A stretch of 64,000 nt of DNA. Origin: Candidatus Hydrogenedentota bacterium (GTDB taxonomy: Bacteria; Hydrogenedentota; Hydrogenedentia; Hydrogenedentales; SLHB01). Position numbers and translations under genes: made by a program. The DNA is taken from positions 160,001 through 224,000 of the forward strand of contig CAXXTH010000011.1 in assembly GCA_963668025.2 (NCBI GenBank). Reading direction: 5' to 3'. The notes beneath the pieces were generated by a model that worked only from the letters and a program-made list of their open reading frames with translations, made no database searches and was not told the origin of the DNA. Below, piece after piece: positions 20,046-30,032 of the stretch (position 1 is its first letter; each line of letters begins with the position of its first letter).

Positions 20046-23000
20046 ATGCACAAAAAGCTGCTTTCCGGGCTGATGCCCATTTTGCTGGCCGCCTCCATCG
20101 CCAGCGCACAAGAACCGTTGATCAACATGGTTGACCGGGGTTATGTCGCCGACTGGGTTTTCTGCGGCCCCTTCACGGCCGATGCCGATGGCGGCATCAT
20201 AACGGCGCTTGAACAAAGCGCCTCGCCATTAGGCGCTCGCGATTACCTCGAATCCATGGGAGGCGTAAGCCGCGCCCGTCCTCGAGCAGGCAGCGCCGTT
20301 ACCGGACCAGATGGCGCTTTCACCTGGAACGCCCTGCAGGCGGACAGCGAATTGCTCGACCTTACAGAAACCTTCAAAGACCAGCGCGAAGGCGTCATGT
20401 ATTTCGCTTTCTCCTGCTATAATCCGCTGCAAGCAACGGTCTATATCGATTTGCAGACCCCTCTTGGCGCACGAATGTGGATCAATGGCTTCCCTGCCGT
20501 GGATATACAACCCGCTTCTTTCGAGAATGCAGGCGTCAACCGCTTTCTTGCGCGCGTCCGCAGCGGTGAAAACTGGATCATCATTGAAGCCCCATTCGCA
20601 TCATTTCCCGCTCTCGCCCAAGCCACCGGGATCCCAGAAGACCGTTTGCGCGCACGCGGATTCCCGAACCGCCCCCTGCTGCCCGCCAATAGCAGCTTCG
20701 AAATCGCCATGCGGATACTGCCCGTGCGGGCTATCGGTGATGTCGCTTACATTCCTATACTCGAGCCCCAGCGCTCCTTCAGCGACGAAAATGGCGTTTT
20801 AAAGCAAGGCGCACTGCTCACGTTTTTCAATCCGGGCAAAGAAGCTTCATTCCCCATTTCCATCCAGACCACGGTGCAAGGCCAATCCCCTTCGCCGGAA
20901 CAGGTGGTCCTGCCGATTCCCCCACAGACTCAATATGAAGCCTTATTGGCTATCCCATTGGGAAGCGCCGCGCCCGGCCAGACCCTGGATATAAAGGTGC
21001 TGCTTACCACCAAACGGAACCAAGAAGAGTTCACGGCTCCCCTGGCCGCGGGCCAGCCGCCCACGAAGGGGCACGTATATGTCGTGCCCGGCGCTACCTA
21101 TCATCCGGGGTATCCAGAAGAACAACGCGAAGCCATGGCGCGCCGCCTTGCGGAGCTGGATCAACAGATGGCGCTGGCGGGCGCGGAACGTGATTATGGC
21201 TTTTATCTGGGGGATCTGCCGTATTGGAAGAGCTATCTCGCCACGCGCGAAACGGCCCGCGAGGCGCTCCCTGCTTTGGCCGCTGCCGGCCGTAGCGCGC
21301 CCCAAGCGGGATATGGCATGCTGGACGAACGAATCGTCGGAGGCGAACTGCTGGCGCGCAATTGGGCGTATGGCCGCATTGCCGCCGAACGCCTGCTCGG
21401 TTCTGGCGGCGGCTGTTACTACGCATGGGACGTCCCCGCGATTTGCCCACAAACGCCTCAATTGCTGGCCAAGAGCAATATTAGCGGCATTTTGACGGAT
21501 TTGCCAGTGCAAGGCGTTGCACCACTGTTTTGGCAGGTCTCGCCAGATAAAACGCGCTTGCTGATGCGCCGGAAACAACCGGCCCCTGGGCCGGGCTCCG
21601 TGGACACCTTGCGCCAAATGGCCGATGTGCAGCGCCGGCAGCTCCTGCAAATGGGGCTTGATACCGATGTCTTCGCCCCTATCAGCTCGGAACCGCCTCC
21701 CGAACCGTATTATCTCGGCGCTTGCCATCCATTGCGGATCGGCGTGCCCTCCATCACTGTTGAAGGCTCTGGCGGTGCGGCTTTCTTTGAGGAGACGCTT
21801 GCGGCGGTGCGGCGCGGCGGCGTGCATCTGCCTTATTCCGGCCGAATGCTCAACACCAGCCAGCCTGGCGCGCTTCTTTCGCAGCCCGCGCTCAAGCGCG
21901 CCCATGGACTCGTCGAAAACAAGGTCATTACAGCGGAAAAACTCGCCACACTCGCGGCGCTGGTGGGCGCGCCGTATCCAGAAACCCAGCTTGATCACGC
22001 TTGGCGGCAATTACTGTATACCGGCTCACCGGACCGGCTCGGTTTCCCCGGCGCTCCGCGCATTTATTGCGACGCCCTATCGTCCTACCGGCGCGCCGCC
22101 GCTGATGCGCACCGCGCCGCCGCAAACGCAATGGACTATATCGCCCAACGCATTAACACCCAATCTTCCGCGCCCAAAGAACCCAAACCCAGCCAGGCCC
22201 TAGTCGTGTTCAACCCCTGTTCGTGGATGCGGACCGATGTGTGCCGCGCCGCCGTGGCTATTGACGCCAACGCGGGCCTTATTTTGATGGACGAGAATGC
22301 AAATACCGTCCCGTATGCCATTGCGGAAGCGCCCGAACCGCCCAGTACGATGGCGCTGATCGAGTTTGTTGCCAGCGATGTGCCGCCTTTAGGTTACCGA
22401 ACCTATTACGCCGCTCCCGCGGGAGCGCTGCCTCCCAATACCGAAGCTTCTGGCGCTTCCATTGAGAACGAATCGCTGCGCGTCCTCCTCAATCCCGAAG
22501 AGGGGGGAGGAGCCATCAGCCTGCTGTATAAACCCACCGGCCGTGAATTCGCCAGCAAGCTCATGAACGATGTCGCCGCAATCGAAGAAGATCCGCAACG
22601 CACCAATGGCGGACGCGACTTATGGACAACCTCTCGCATTACACGCACCAGTGACGTCCCAGGCGATATTACGGTCATGAAGAATGAGATTTTTGAAAGG
22701 GCTACCATTTCCGCGCCTTTGGCGGGGGGCGTGGCCATACGCGAGATGACCCTATATAAAGGCGTGCCTCGCGTGGATTGCACGCTGCGGTGTTCCGGGA
22801 TATCCGTGCAAAATGCCCTGCTGGCCATTCTGTCGGGATGCTTTTCCGTCGGAGATGTAGCGGTATTCGGCGAACGATATGGCGCGTCCGTAGGCCGAAA
22901 GAGCGCGTCCATCATGGATTTGCGCACCGCTGGCGCGGATAACCCTTCCGCAACCGCCGCCCAGCCGGCATATGAATGGTCTGCCTTGACTCCAGGCGAT

Positions 23001-24806
23001 TATCTCCGGTTCAGTGAAGAAATCGCCGTGCCTTTTGGCCCGGCGGATATCATATACGGGGAAGGTGAAGCATTTGTTCGTTCGGCCGAAATGCTCGTCG
23101 AGGCCCTGGCGAGCCGGGGCATTCCGTCAGCCATCCTGCCCGAGTCCGGACCACAGAAAAGCGCCGTGTGGAGCGATTCCACCGAGTTTGAAAATTTAGA
23201 TGATGATCTGCGCTATGGCGCTGCATTCCGCATTGTCTTGGGCAATGGCGGCGACACCAAACTATGCGCCCGGCTTGTCGCCACACTGCCCGAGAGCGTG
23301 GCGCGCGATTTCAACCAGCATGCCCCCGAAGGTGCGCTATTGCTGCTGCAAGACCCGCAAGTGCCGGAAGGCATTCCTCCTGTCCCCACGCTGTTGCTAT
23401 CCGGCTCCACGCCCGCCGTTACCCAAAAACTAGCGGAAACAGTGGCTACGGCGCTGAAGGCTTCTGGATGGGTTCCTGGCTCGAAATGGGAGTATGCCGG
23501 TTCAAACAACGCCCCGCTGGCGGATGGCGGCATTGCAATGCTTCATGCGGGCTCCGCTTTGCATAATATCTCTCAAAACGGTGTGATGATGCTTGGCCTG
23601 GCGCATGGAAGCACATGGGAAAACGCCGCGGATGCACTCGATCTCGATCCAGCCGCTGACTTTACTTTTAACTATTCCATTTATCCTTTCCTTGGAGATT
23701 GGCGCAAGGGAGGCGTCGTACGGCAAGCCCAAGCGTTCAACGAACCGCTTCTCGCTGCCGTCACAGGCATCCATCCGGGTACGTTGCCGCTGCGCCAGGC
23801 CTTCCTGTCCGTTTCCGGCCAAGAATTCATCATTACCGCAGTGAAACCATCCGGATATCCCTCCGCCCGCATGAGCGTGCATCCCTTACCGCCCCGGGCA
23901 GGTTTCACCATCCGTGGATATGAGACGACCGGGCAAGACTGGACGGGCACGTTGCAAGCATTGTCGCCCATCACCCGCGCGGCGCAACGCAGCCTGCTCG
24001 AAGACGGCGGGCAAAGCCTGGCGCCGAATGGGCGCGATTTGACCTTTACCGCACGGGGATTCTCCATAGAAACGCTCACCATCGCATTGGAAGGCTTGCC
24101 AGTTGCGCCCGGCTCGTCATCCATGCCGCCTGAGAAACCGCAGCCGCCGGTATATTCACGCTATTGGCTGCACAACACCGGCGCTGCCCCGGAAGGATTT
24201 GAAGATATCAGCATTTTGCTCGAAGGAGATTTATCCAAAGCAGGAAGCCCTGTCTCGATTATGGTGGCCAATAATACGACAGACGCTTCTATTGACGGCT
24301 CCGTTTCTCTCTCTGCTTCAACCGGTTGGACCATATCGCCAGAACTGTTCAGTTATCATCTCGAACCTGGCGGCGTCACCACCCAAAAACTGGTCGTATT
24401 GCGTTCCACTGGTGAAGACACCCAAAGCGGAGGCATTATAGCGGAAACTTCCTATGCGGGTAGAACATACCGGGATGTGCTTGAACTCAATCCGCGCGAG
24501 TGCATTCTTTTCGCGGCATTGGAGGGAGATACGGTTAATGCCACGGTATCCAATCCGGGCGTATTGCCTGCGGAAGGTTCTATTGAATTAATCGTGCCGC
24601 CCGAGTGGTGGCCGGAACTATCGGGCAAAGGCCCCAGCGAACCCGTGCAAACCCGGGTCAAAGTCGCGCCTCAAGGAACCCAATCCATCCCCTTTTCGCT
24701 GCCGCCTGGCGATGCGCCTCCCTGGATCATCGTCAAACTTGCCGCCAACGGCCATGTGGCGTATACAAAAGTCGAGCCCTTCCCAGGACTCCTCCCACTG
24801 GAATGA
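20046..24806 (+). CDS. Large secreted GH38 alpha-mannosidase-like protein, possibly catalytically degenerate
   Basis: Signal ASA-Q; GGELLARNWAYG, PQTPQLL, VFNPCSWMRTD, DVPPLGYRTY, IENESLRV, AQAFNEPL. Confidence 0.7.
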   Translation: MHKKLLSGLMPILLAASIASAQEPLINMVDRGYVADWVFCGPFTADADGGIITALEQSASPLGARDYLESMGGVSRARPRAGSAVTGPDGAFTWNALQADSELLDLTETFKDQREGVMYFAFSCYNPLQATVYIDLQTPLGARMWINGFPAVDIQPASFENAGVNRFLARVRSGENWIIIEAPFASFPALAQATGIPEDRLRARGFPNRPLLPANSSFEIAMRILPVRAIGDVAYIPILEPQRSFSDENGVLKQGALLTFFNPGKEASFPISIQTTVQGQSPSPEQVVLPIPPQTQYEALLAIPLGSAAPGQTLDIKVLLTTKRNQEEFTAPLAAGQPPTKGHVYVVPGATYHPGYPEEQREAMARRLAELDQQMALAGAERDYGFYLGDLPYWKSYLATRETAREALPALAAAGRSAPQAGYGMLDERIVGGELLARNWAYGRIAAERLLGSGGGCYYAWDVPAICPQTPQLLAKSNISGILTDLPVQGVAPLFWQVSPDKTRLLMRRKQPAPGPGSVDTLRQMADVQRRQLLQMGLDTDVFAPISSEPPPEPYYLGACHPLRIGVPSITVEGSGGAAFFEETLAAVRRGGVHLPYSGRMLNTSQPGALLSQPALKRAHGLVENKVITAEKLATLAALVGAPYPETQLDHAWRQLLYTGSPDRLGFPGAPRIYCDALSSYRRAAADAHRAAANAMDYIAQRINTQSSAPKEPKPSQALVVFNPCSWMRTDVCRAAVAIDANAGLILMDENANTVPYAIAEAPEPPSTMALIEFVASDVPPLGYRTYYAAPAGALPPNTEASGASIENESLRVLLNPEEGGGAISLLYKPTGREFASKLMNDVAAIEEDPQRTNGGRDLWTTSRITRTSDVPGDITVMKNEIFERATISAPLAGGVAIREMTLYKGVPRVDCTLRCSGISVQNALLAILSGCFSVGDVAVFGERYGASVGRKSASIMDLRTAGADNPSATAAQPAYEWSALTPGDYLRFSEEIAVPFGPADIIYGEGEAFVRSAEMLVEALASRGIPSAILPESGPQKSAVWSDSTEFENLDDDLRYGAAFRIVLGNGGDTKLCARLVATLPESVARDFNQHAPEGALLLLQDPQVPEGIPPVPTLLLSGSTPAVTQKLAETVATALKASGWVPGSKWEYAGSNNAPLADGGIAMLHAGSALHNISQNGVMMLGLAHGSTWENAADALDLDPAADFTFNYSIYPFLGDWRKGGVVRQAQAFNEPLLAAVTGIHPGTLPLRQAFLSVSGQEFIITAVKPSGYPSARMSVHPLPPRAGFTIRGYETTGQDWTGTLQALSPITRAAQRSLLEDGGQSLAPNGRDLTFTARGFSIETLTIALEGLPVAPGSSSMPPEKPQPPVYSRYWLHNTGAAPEGFEDISILLEGDLSKAGSPVSIMVANNTTDASIDGSVSLSASTGWTISPELFSYHLEPGGVTTQKLVVLRSTGEDTQSGGIIAETSYAGRTYRDVLELNPRECILFAALEGDTVNATVSNPGVLPAEGSIELIVPPEWWPELSGKGPSEPVQTRVKVAPQGTQSIPFSLPPGDAPPWIIVKLAANGHVAYTKVEPFPGLLPLE

Positions 24807-24836
24807 ACCGCGCTTTTTAAAAAGGGTTATATTATT

Positions 24837-27125
24837 TCAATGGCGAAGCCAATACTGATCATGCAGGTCCAGCATTTCCTGGAGCTTCCTGCGCCATAAA
24901 TTCACCCGGTCTGTATAGCGGCTGGATACATCTTGCATGACACCATACCGTCCGGCTCGGTCCAAATCATACAGTTCAATGGATTCGGCTCCATTTGGCG
25001 CGCCAGACTCAAACGGCGTCCGCCCGGTATTCCAATACAACCGCCAGCGCTCATTGCGCATGGTCATGGCTAAGGGCGCGCTTTCCATCGACACCGGCAT
25101 GACGCCGTTTGGGCCTTTCACAAAATCCTGGCCATCCACAGGTTCTGCGAACGGGGTATCCGCTTGCGCCAGCAGTGAAGGCGCAATATCTTCCAAGCTT
25201 ACAAAATCCGTACGCTGCTCATTTCCAAGCCACTGGGCATACAGGATAAGCGGCACATGCAGGCATGCCTCTGAAAGGCCTATTTTCGGCGGGCCATTAA
25301 GAGAAAAATCATAGCCATACGGCGATGTGACCACGATAATCGTATTTTTCCGGGTCTCATAATCCCGCACATGCTTGATGAATGCGCCCGCCTGCCTATC
25401 GAGATACGCCAATATCGTGTCATGAATATCTAGAGGCGAAGGTTCGACGCTTCCAGATGCGCTCGAGACCGCGCCGAATGGCGCGCCATATCGAGGCTGA
25501 AGTTGCTGGTCCGTCAACTCGCTCAGCCGGATAAACAACATGAAGTGCAGATTATTGTGGCTGTCAAGCCATTCTTGGGCATTATTCAACGTAAGGCGGG
25601 AGCCTGCGGGCTGGGCGGAAGGCTCGGGACGCTCTTCAGCCTCCGGCTCTGCTGCCGCCTCCATTTCCGGTTCTTCGCTGGGCAGCTCGAAGGCATCTTC
25701 TTCTTCCTCTGAAGGCTCCACAGGCGGAGCAGGAACTGCGGCAGGCGCATTCGGCTTGTCGGGCTGGTAGGAAGCATCAAACACCTCGAAACCTCGCTCA
25801 AAGCCGCTGCCATATGTCAAGTCGCCATGCGAATCGCCCTCTGTAAAGGCCGCAGTGGCATATCCTTTATTGCGGCATACTTCCGCTAATGTCGCAAAAG
25901 GCTCCGGAAGCGGGCTGGAATGGCCTCCTAAACGTCCATGCCGCAACGGATTAAGGCCTGTCGCCATACTCCAATAAGCCGCTGCTCCTTCTGGCGCTAC
26001 CGTATAGGCATTGCTGAAAAACAAGCTTGACCAGGCAAGTTTATCCAGATTGGGCGTCACCACCCGTTTATACCCCCCGCGTCCCATCTGCCCATAACTC
26101 AGCCCATCCAAGGCGATGATCACTATATTCGGATTGGCATGGTCTTCCGGATCGGTGCGCACCGTATGGACATATGGACCCGAAAGCAGGATCGAGCGGG
26201 TGCTCTGGACAACAGGGCGCAATCCGATTATCGAGCGCCACTTTGGCAGCTTCTCCGCCGTCCATGTCACTAGGCAATGCCCGACTCCTTGAGGGGCGTT
26301 GCTGGTGTCTATCTGCAGAGCAGCCCACCCCGAAGGGCGCATCGCCACCGCATACTGGTAAGATTTCTTTTTTATGCCGCGCAACGTGACGGTGACAAAG
26401 ATGCGCTTCAGGGGCTCGGGCGTATTCGGCGGATTGGCCCATCGCAAGGTAATGCCCGCGCCAGGGCATCCCGCCACCTCGGTTTCCACCACGGAGCCTT
26501 CCGGCATGGCGCGCGCGGAGGCGTATTCATTGCCCACCCGAACAGCTTCAATAGTTTCCGGCGCATTCGGGCGCGCCAACTCGAGGGCTTCCGACCAGCG
26601 GCTAAAACCTAGCATGCCGCAATAGCCCGACATGGCCGCACAGGCCGCCCATAACAGCGCTTTCGAATGGTTTCCAGGCGCGCTTTGCAACGCCGTGAAA
26701 AAAGAAAACAGCTTAAGCGCGGCATGAACGGCCAAAAATACGGCCAAATACGCCAGCGGTTCCGCTTTAGCCAGTTCCGGGATCGGCCACTTTACGTGTA
26801 CATGAAATAAATAAGGCAGCAGCGCCAAAGCCGCTAACTGCGACGCTCCATCGGCCGCCAAAAAGCTCTTTCCCTGCGCGGGCTTGTACAGGGAGGCCAT
26901 TGTCATATATACAAACTGAAGCGCGGCATATCCCGAGCCAGCCCCCACCGCCAGCGCCACCCCCATATCGTACCCAACTACATAGCCTTGGCCCGCCATG
27001 ACCTGTTGGACAAAAAGCCCCACAAGCCCAGAAGCGGCGGTGACAATCGCAAGATAAAATAAGTGGAGGACGATCATGCCTTCTCCTTGATGAATACGCC
27101 CAACGCCGAATAAATGCTCCCCCAT
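24837..27125 (-). CDS. Membrane-anchored sulfatase/alkaline-phosphatase-superfamily protein
   Basis: N-terminal TMs; PNIVIIALD, TPNLDKLA, GYATAAF, GFERGF, LHVPLI, DIAPSLL, ELYDL; start may be ~27077. Confidence 0.75.
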   Translation of the reverse strand: MGEHLFGVGRIHQGEGMIVLHLFYLAIVTAASGLVGLFVQQVMAGQGYVVGYDMGVALAVGAGSGYAALQFVYMTMASLYKPAQGKSFLAADGASQLAALALLPYLFHVHVKWPIPELAKAEPLAYLAVFLAVHAALKLFSFFTALQSAPGNHSKALLWAACAAMSGYCGMLGFSRWSEALELARPNAPETIEAVRVGNEYASARAMPEGSVVETEVAGCPGAGITLRWANPPNTPEPLKRIFVTVTLRGIKKKSYQYAVAMRPSGWAALQIDTSNAPQGVGHCLVTWTAEKLPKWRSIIGLRPVVQSTRSILLSGPYVHTVRTDPEDHANPNIVIIALDGLSYGQMGRGGYKRVVTPNLDKLAWSSLFFSNAYTVAPEGAAAYWSMATGLNPLRHGRLGGHSSPLPEPFATLAEVCRNKGYATAAFTEGDSHGDLTYGSGFERGFEVFDASYQPDKPNAPAAVPAPPVEPSEEEEDAFELPSEEPEMEAAAEPEAEERPEPSAQPAGSRLTLNNAQEWLDSHNNLHFMLFIRLSELTDQQLQPRYGAPFGAVSSASGSVEPSPLDIHDTILAYLDRQAGAFIKHVRDYETRKNTIIVVTSPYGYDFSLNGPPKIGLSEACLHVPLILYAQWLGNEQRTDFVSLEDIAPSLLAQADTPFAEPVDGQDFVKGPNGVMPVSMESAPLAMTMRNERWRLYWNTGRTPFESGAPNGAESIELYDLDRAGRYGVMQDVSSRYTDRVNLWRRKLQEMLDLHDQYWLRH

Positions 27126-27262
27126 ATCAAAACCTTCAGGAGTCTATGTCACAAGCAGAGGGAATGCAAACAAACCGGGCACGGAAAACCCATTTGGGCG
27201 TAAAAGCGCCGCCGTGGTATGCTTGGCCATTATCAAACAATTCATTTCCCAAGGAGAGAGCC

Positions 27263-28195
27263 ATGATGTCCGTAAACAACCTGCCCGGCCCGCCCCGGGT
27301 GCAGATTCAAACCCAGGCGGGGTGCAATGGCCGGTGCGTTTTCTGTCCGAACGATGCCGTGCTGAAAACGAAATTGCCCCATGGCAAAATGACGCCGGAG
27401 GTTTTCCGCAAAATAATCGATGAGCTCGCGGAAACACCGCCCCGGCGTGTCAGCTTGTATCTGATGAACGAGCCTTTGAGTGATAAACGCATGCCCGAAT
27501 TCGTGCGCTACACGGCGGAACGCATCCCCTCGGCAACCACGCTGATTACCTCCAACGGCACCAAGCTCTCCGAAGAATGCACGGAAGCGCTTATCACCGC
27601 TGGCCTAAAACGATTGAAAGTAAGCCTGCAATCTATCGATCCGGAAACGAATAAAGCCATCATGGGCTATTCGAGCGAACGGGTCATCGAGAATGTTTTA
27701 GGCGCACAGCGCGTGATCAAGCGCATGAAGGCCAAGCATTTCGACTTCCGCGTCTCCATGGTCGTCACATCGAAGACATTACATGAAGTCGACCGCGCCC
27801 GCGCATTCTGGAAAAAACACGGCATCCGCCTCGTCACGTCATCCTTGGAAAACCGGGGGGGCAACATCGGTATCGCGGAAGAACTCAACGGCGGTGAAAT
27901 GAAACAGCGGAGCCGCTGCATCCGCCCTTCCCGGGAGATGTGCATTCTCTACAATGGGGACGCCGTACTGTGCTGCGTGGATTGGTACCGTACCGTTGTG
28001 TTGGGCAATGTCGCCCAACAATCCGTCCAGGAAGTCTGGAACAGCCCCCGTTTGCAGGAGATCCGGGAAGCTTTCAGCATAGATGCATTCGACCGGCTGC
28101 CGGATATTTGCGTCCAATGTACGGAAAGCGCTTCGCCGGATAAACACCGGCGCGGCTTGCGCGCATGGTTCCACAAACTTGTAGCGGCCCGATAA
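27263..28195 (+). CDS. Radical SAM protein with SPASM/Twitch domain
   Basis: CNGRCVFC (CxxxCxxC); RCIRP...GDAVLCC..LGNV..VWNS..CVQC; AAGGAG RBS. Confidence 0.9.
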   Translation: MMSVNNLPGPPRVQIQTQAGCNGRCVFCPNDAVLKTKLPHGKMTPEVFRKIIDELAETPPRRVSLYLMNEPLSDKRMPEFVRYTAERIPSATTLITSNGTKLSEECTEALITAGLKRLKVSLQSIDPETNKAIMGYSSERVIENVLGAQRVIKRMKAKHFDFRVSMVVTSKTLHEVDRARAFWKKHGIRLVTSSLENRGGNIGIAEELNGGEMKQRSRCIRPSREMCILYNGDAVLCCVDWYRTVVLGNVAQQSVQEVWNSPRLQEIREAFSIDAFDRLPDICVQCTESASPDKHRRGLRAWFHKLVAAR

Positions 28196-28223
28196 AAACG
28201 GATGCCTGCCGGGCTGAAAAAGG

Positions 28224-28823
28224 ATGAACATGCACCCAATAACAGAAGATAACGGTATTGCGGCGGCGCACCGCTTGATGCGGGAGCAAGATCCTGAACC
28301 ATCGCATGCGGAACAAGTCTGCCGGACAAGCCTCTCGCTATTCGACCAAACCAAAGAAATACATGGGCTGGGCGCGGAAGAACGCCGGTTGCTCGAAGCC
28401 GGTGCATTGCTACACGATATTGGATACGCGAAAGGCGCCGCCGGACATCACAAGGCTTCCCGTGATGCGATTCTCGTGGCGCGCCTCGAAGGCTTTACTG
28501 CCGTTGAATTGCGCATAATTGCATGCCTTGCCCGGTACCACCGGAAAGCGGACCCTAAGCCCAGCCATAAAGTATACTGCGACCTGCCTGAATCGCTCCG
28601 CAGCGTGGTATGCAAATTGGCCGCTCTCCTCCGCATCGCCGATGGACTCGACCGTTCCCATGACGCCTCCGCTCAAGCGTTACGGGTCGAGCGGGAGGGA
28701 AAGAAGGTCCGTATTTGGGTGAGCCAAGAACCGGTCAATGAATTGGACATATGGGGAGCCGAACGTAAACGGGGCCTTTTTGAATCAGTTTATGGATGCT
28801 CTGTACGCATTCGCGGCGAATAA
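28224..28823 (+). CDS. Stand-alone HD-domain protein resembling the Ppx/GppA C-terminal domain
   Basis: HAEQV, LLHDIG, HHKAS, ARYHRK, LRIADGLDRSH. Confidence 0.85.
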   Translation: MNMHPITEDNGIAAAHRLMREQDPEPSHAEQVCRTSLSLFDQTKEIHGLGAEERRLLEAGALLHDIGYAKGAAGHHKASRDAILVARLEGFTAVELRIIACLARYHRKADPKPSHKVYCDLPESLRSVVCKLAALLRIADGLDRSHDASAQALRVEREGKKVRIWVSQEPVNELDIWGAERKRGLFESVYGCSVRIRGE

Positions 28824-28833
28824 ATCCATGCCG

Positions 28834-28863
28834 TTGCGGCCTTGGCGGCTTTGCGTGAATATA
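28834..28863. repeat. Short dispersed repeat downstream of genes
   Basis: ttgcggccttggcggctttgcgtgaatata matches ttgcggcttcgcggcttagcgtgaatata at ~48000-48028; related inverted pair at ~29795-29937. Confidence 0.55.
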
Positions 28864-28894
28864 TTACTATACTACGAGCCGCGAACGGTATATA

Positions 28895-29620
28895 TCAGTT
28901 TGAGCCGGTTGAGCCGGTTTGTTCGGCGTTAGGCTGGACTGGCGGATTCGGCGAATCCTTTCCTGCCAGTGTAATGTCGGGGTAGTTCGCCATGATCTGC
29001 GTCAGGAGCTCGGGCGCAACCAGTTGGTGATTCGGCTTATTCTTGAACTGTACGGCTCGGGGAAATCCGTATTTCGCATCAACCGAGACCAACTCGTGAC
29101 CTGTCAGATGCCAACACCGGTAGACCCAGTAATTATGACCTTCGCACATAACGAGAACGCAGGTGATGATTTCCTTCTGCCCGTCTTTATCCAAATCGCA
29201 GATGTCGTCAGAAGTGAACCGGTCGGAAGGAACAGTAATCACCGAAAACTTGCCCGGAGCGTACTGCGAGAAGAGCATCAAATCACAGCCAAGACCGAGG
29301 CCCTGCGTCCCGTGGTATACCTCCTTGACCACGTCCTCCAGCCCATCTTTGTTGAGATCGGCAATCACTGTCTTCGTCATTTGGGACCAATTGTCAGTGG
29401 GTTGCACCAGCACATTTGCACCTCCAACGGCAATCCGGAACTCACCGTCGCATTCCTCGCTTCGAACGAACGAAGTGGCAACGTTCTGTCCGGTTTCGGA
29501 TTCCGTGCGTGTGGCGGCGACGCGTGACATCTCCTTCACAGTAAACGGGGAATAATCCTTATCCAGAGCAAACGCCGCCGATGCCCAAGTCGCTATGGCC
29601 AATAAGATGATGGCTTTCAT
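28895..29620 (-). CDS. Secreted hypothetical protein with FG-GAP/Ca-binding-like motifs
   Basis: Signal peptide AFA; DLNKDGLEDV and DLDKDGQKEI; GGAG RBS. Confidence 0.65.
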   Translation of the reverse strand: MKAIILLAIATWASAAFALDKDYSPFTVKEMSRVAATRTESETGQNVATSFVRSEECDGEFRIAVGGANVLVQPTDNWSQMTKTVIADLNKDGLEDVVKEVYHGTQGLGLGCDLMLFSQYAPGKFSVITVPSDRFTSDDICDLDKDGQKEIITCVLVMCEGHNYWVYRCWHLTGHELVSVDAKYGFPRAVQFKNKPNHQLVAPELLTQIMANYPDITLAGKDSPNPPVQPNAEQTGSTGSN

Positions 29621-30032
29621 CTTCGTTCTCCCGCTAAAAGGCCCATTGCCAACACACTCTTGCTACCTGGTTTATACCATGAATACAAGACAAATCCCAT
29701 CTGACATACTGGCGCATTTGCTCATAAAAGCAGGCGTCATTGTCGTGTAACATGGAATGCGCAGGCTCACTTGCCTGGTGGAGTTGAGCCATTTCAACGC
29801 CGAAGCGCGAAGTACGCAGAGTATCCCTTTCTTCTCTTTTTCACTAATGTAGTTCATTCTCGAATGTACGAAGAAATTGCTTGAGAATAATTTTTTCTAC
29901 TTTGCGGACCTCCGCGTTCTTCGCGCCTGCGTTGAACAATGATCGTCTAGATTGATTTTTATTAATATATAATGGTTTTATTCATACGGCAAATATATTA
30001 CTCAAATATAAAAATATATAAATATTACAAAA

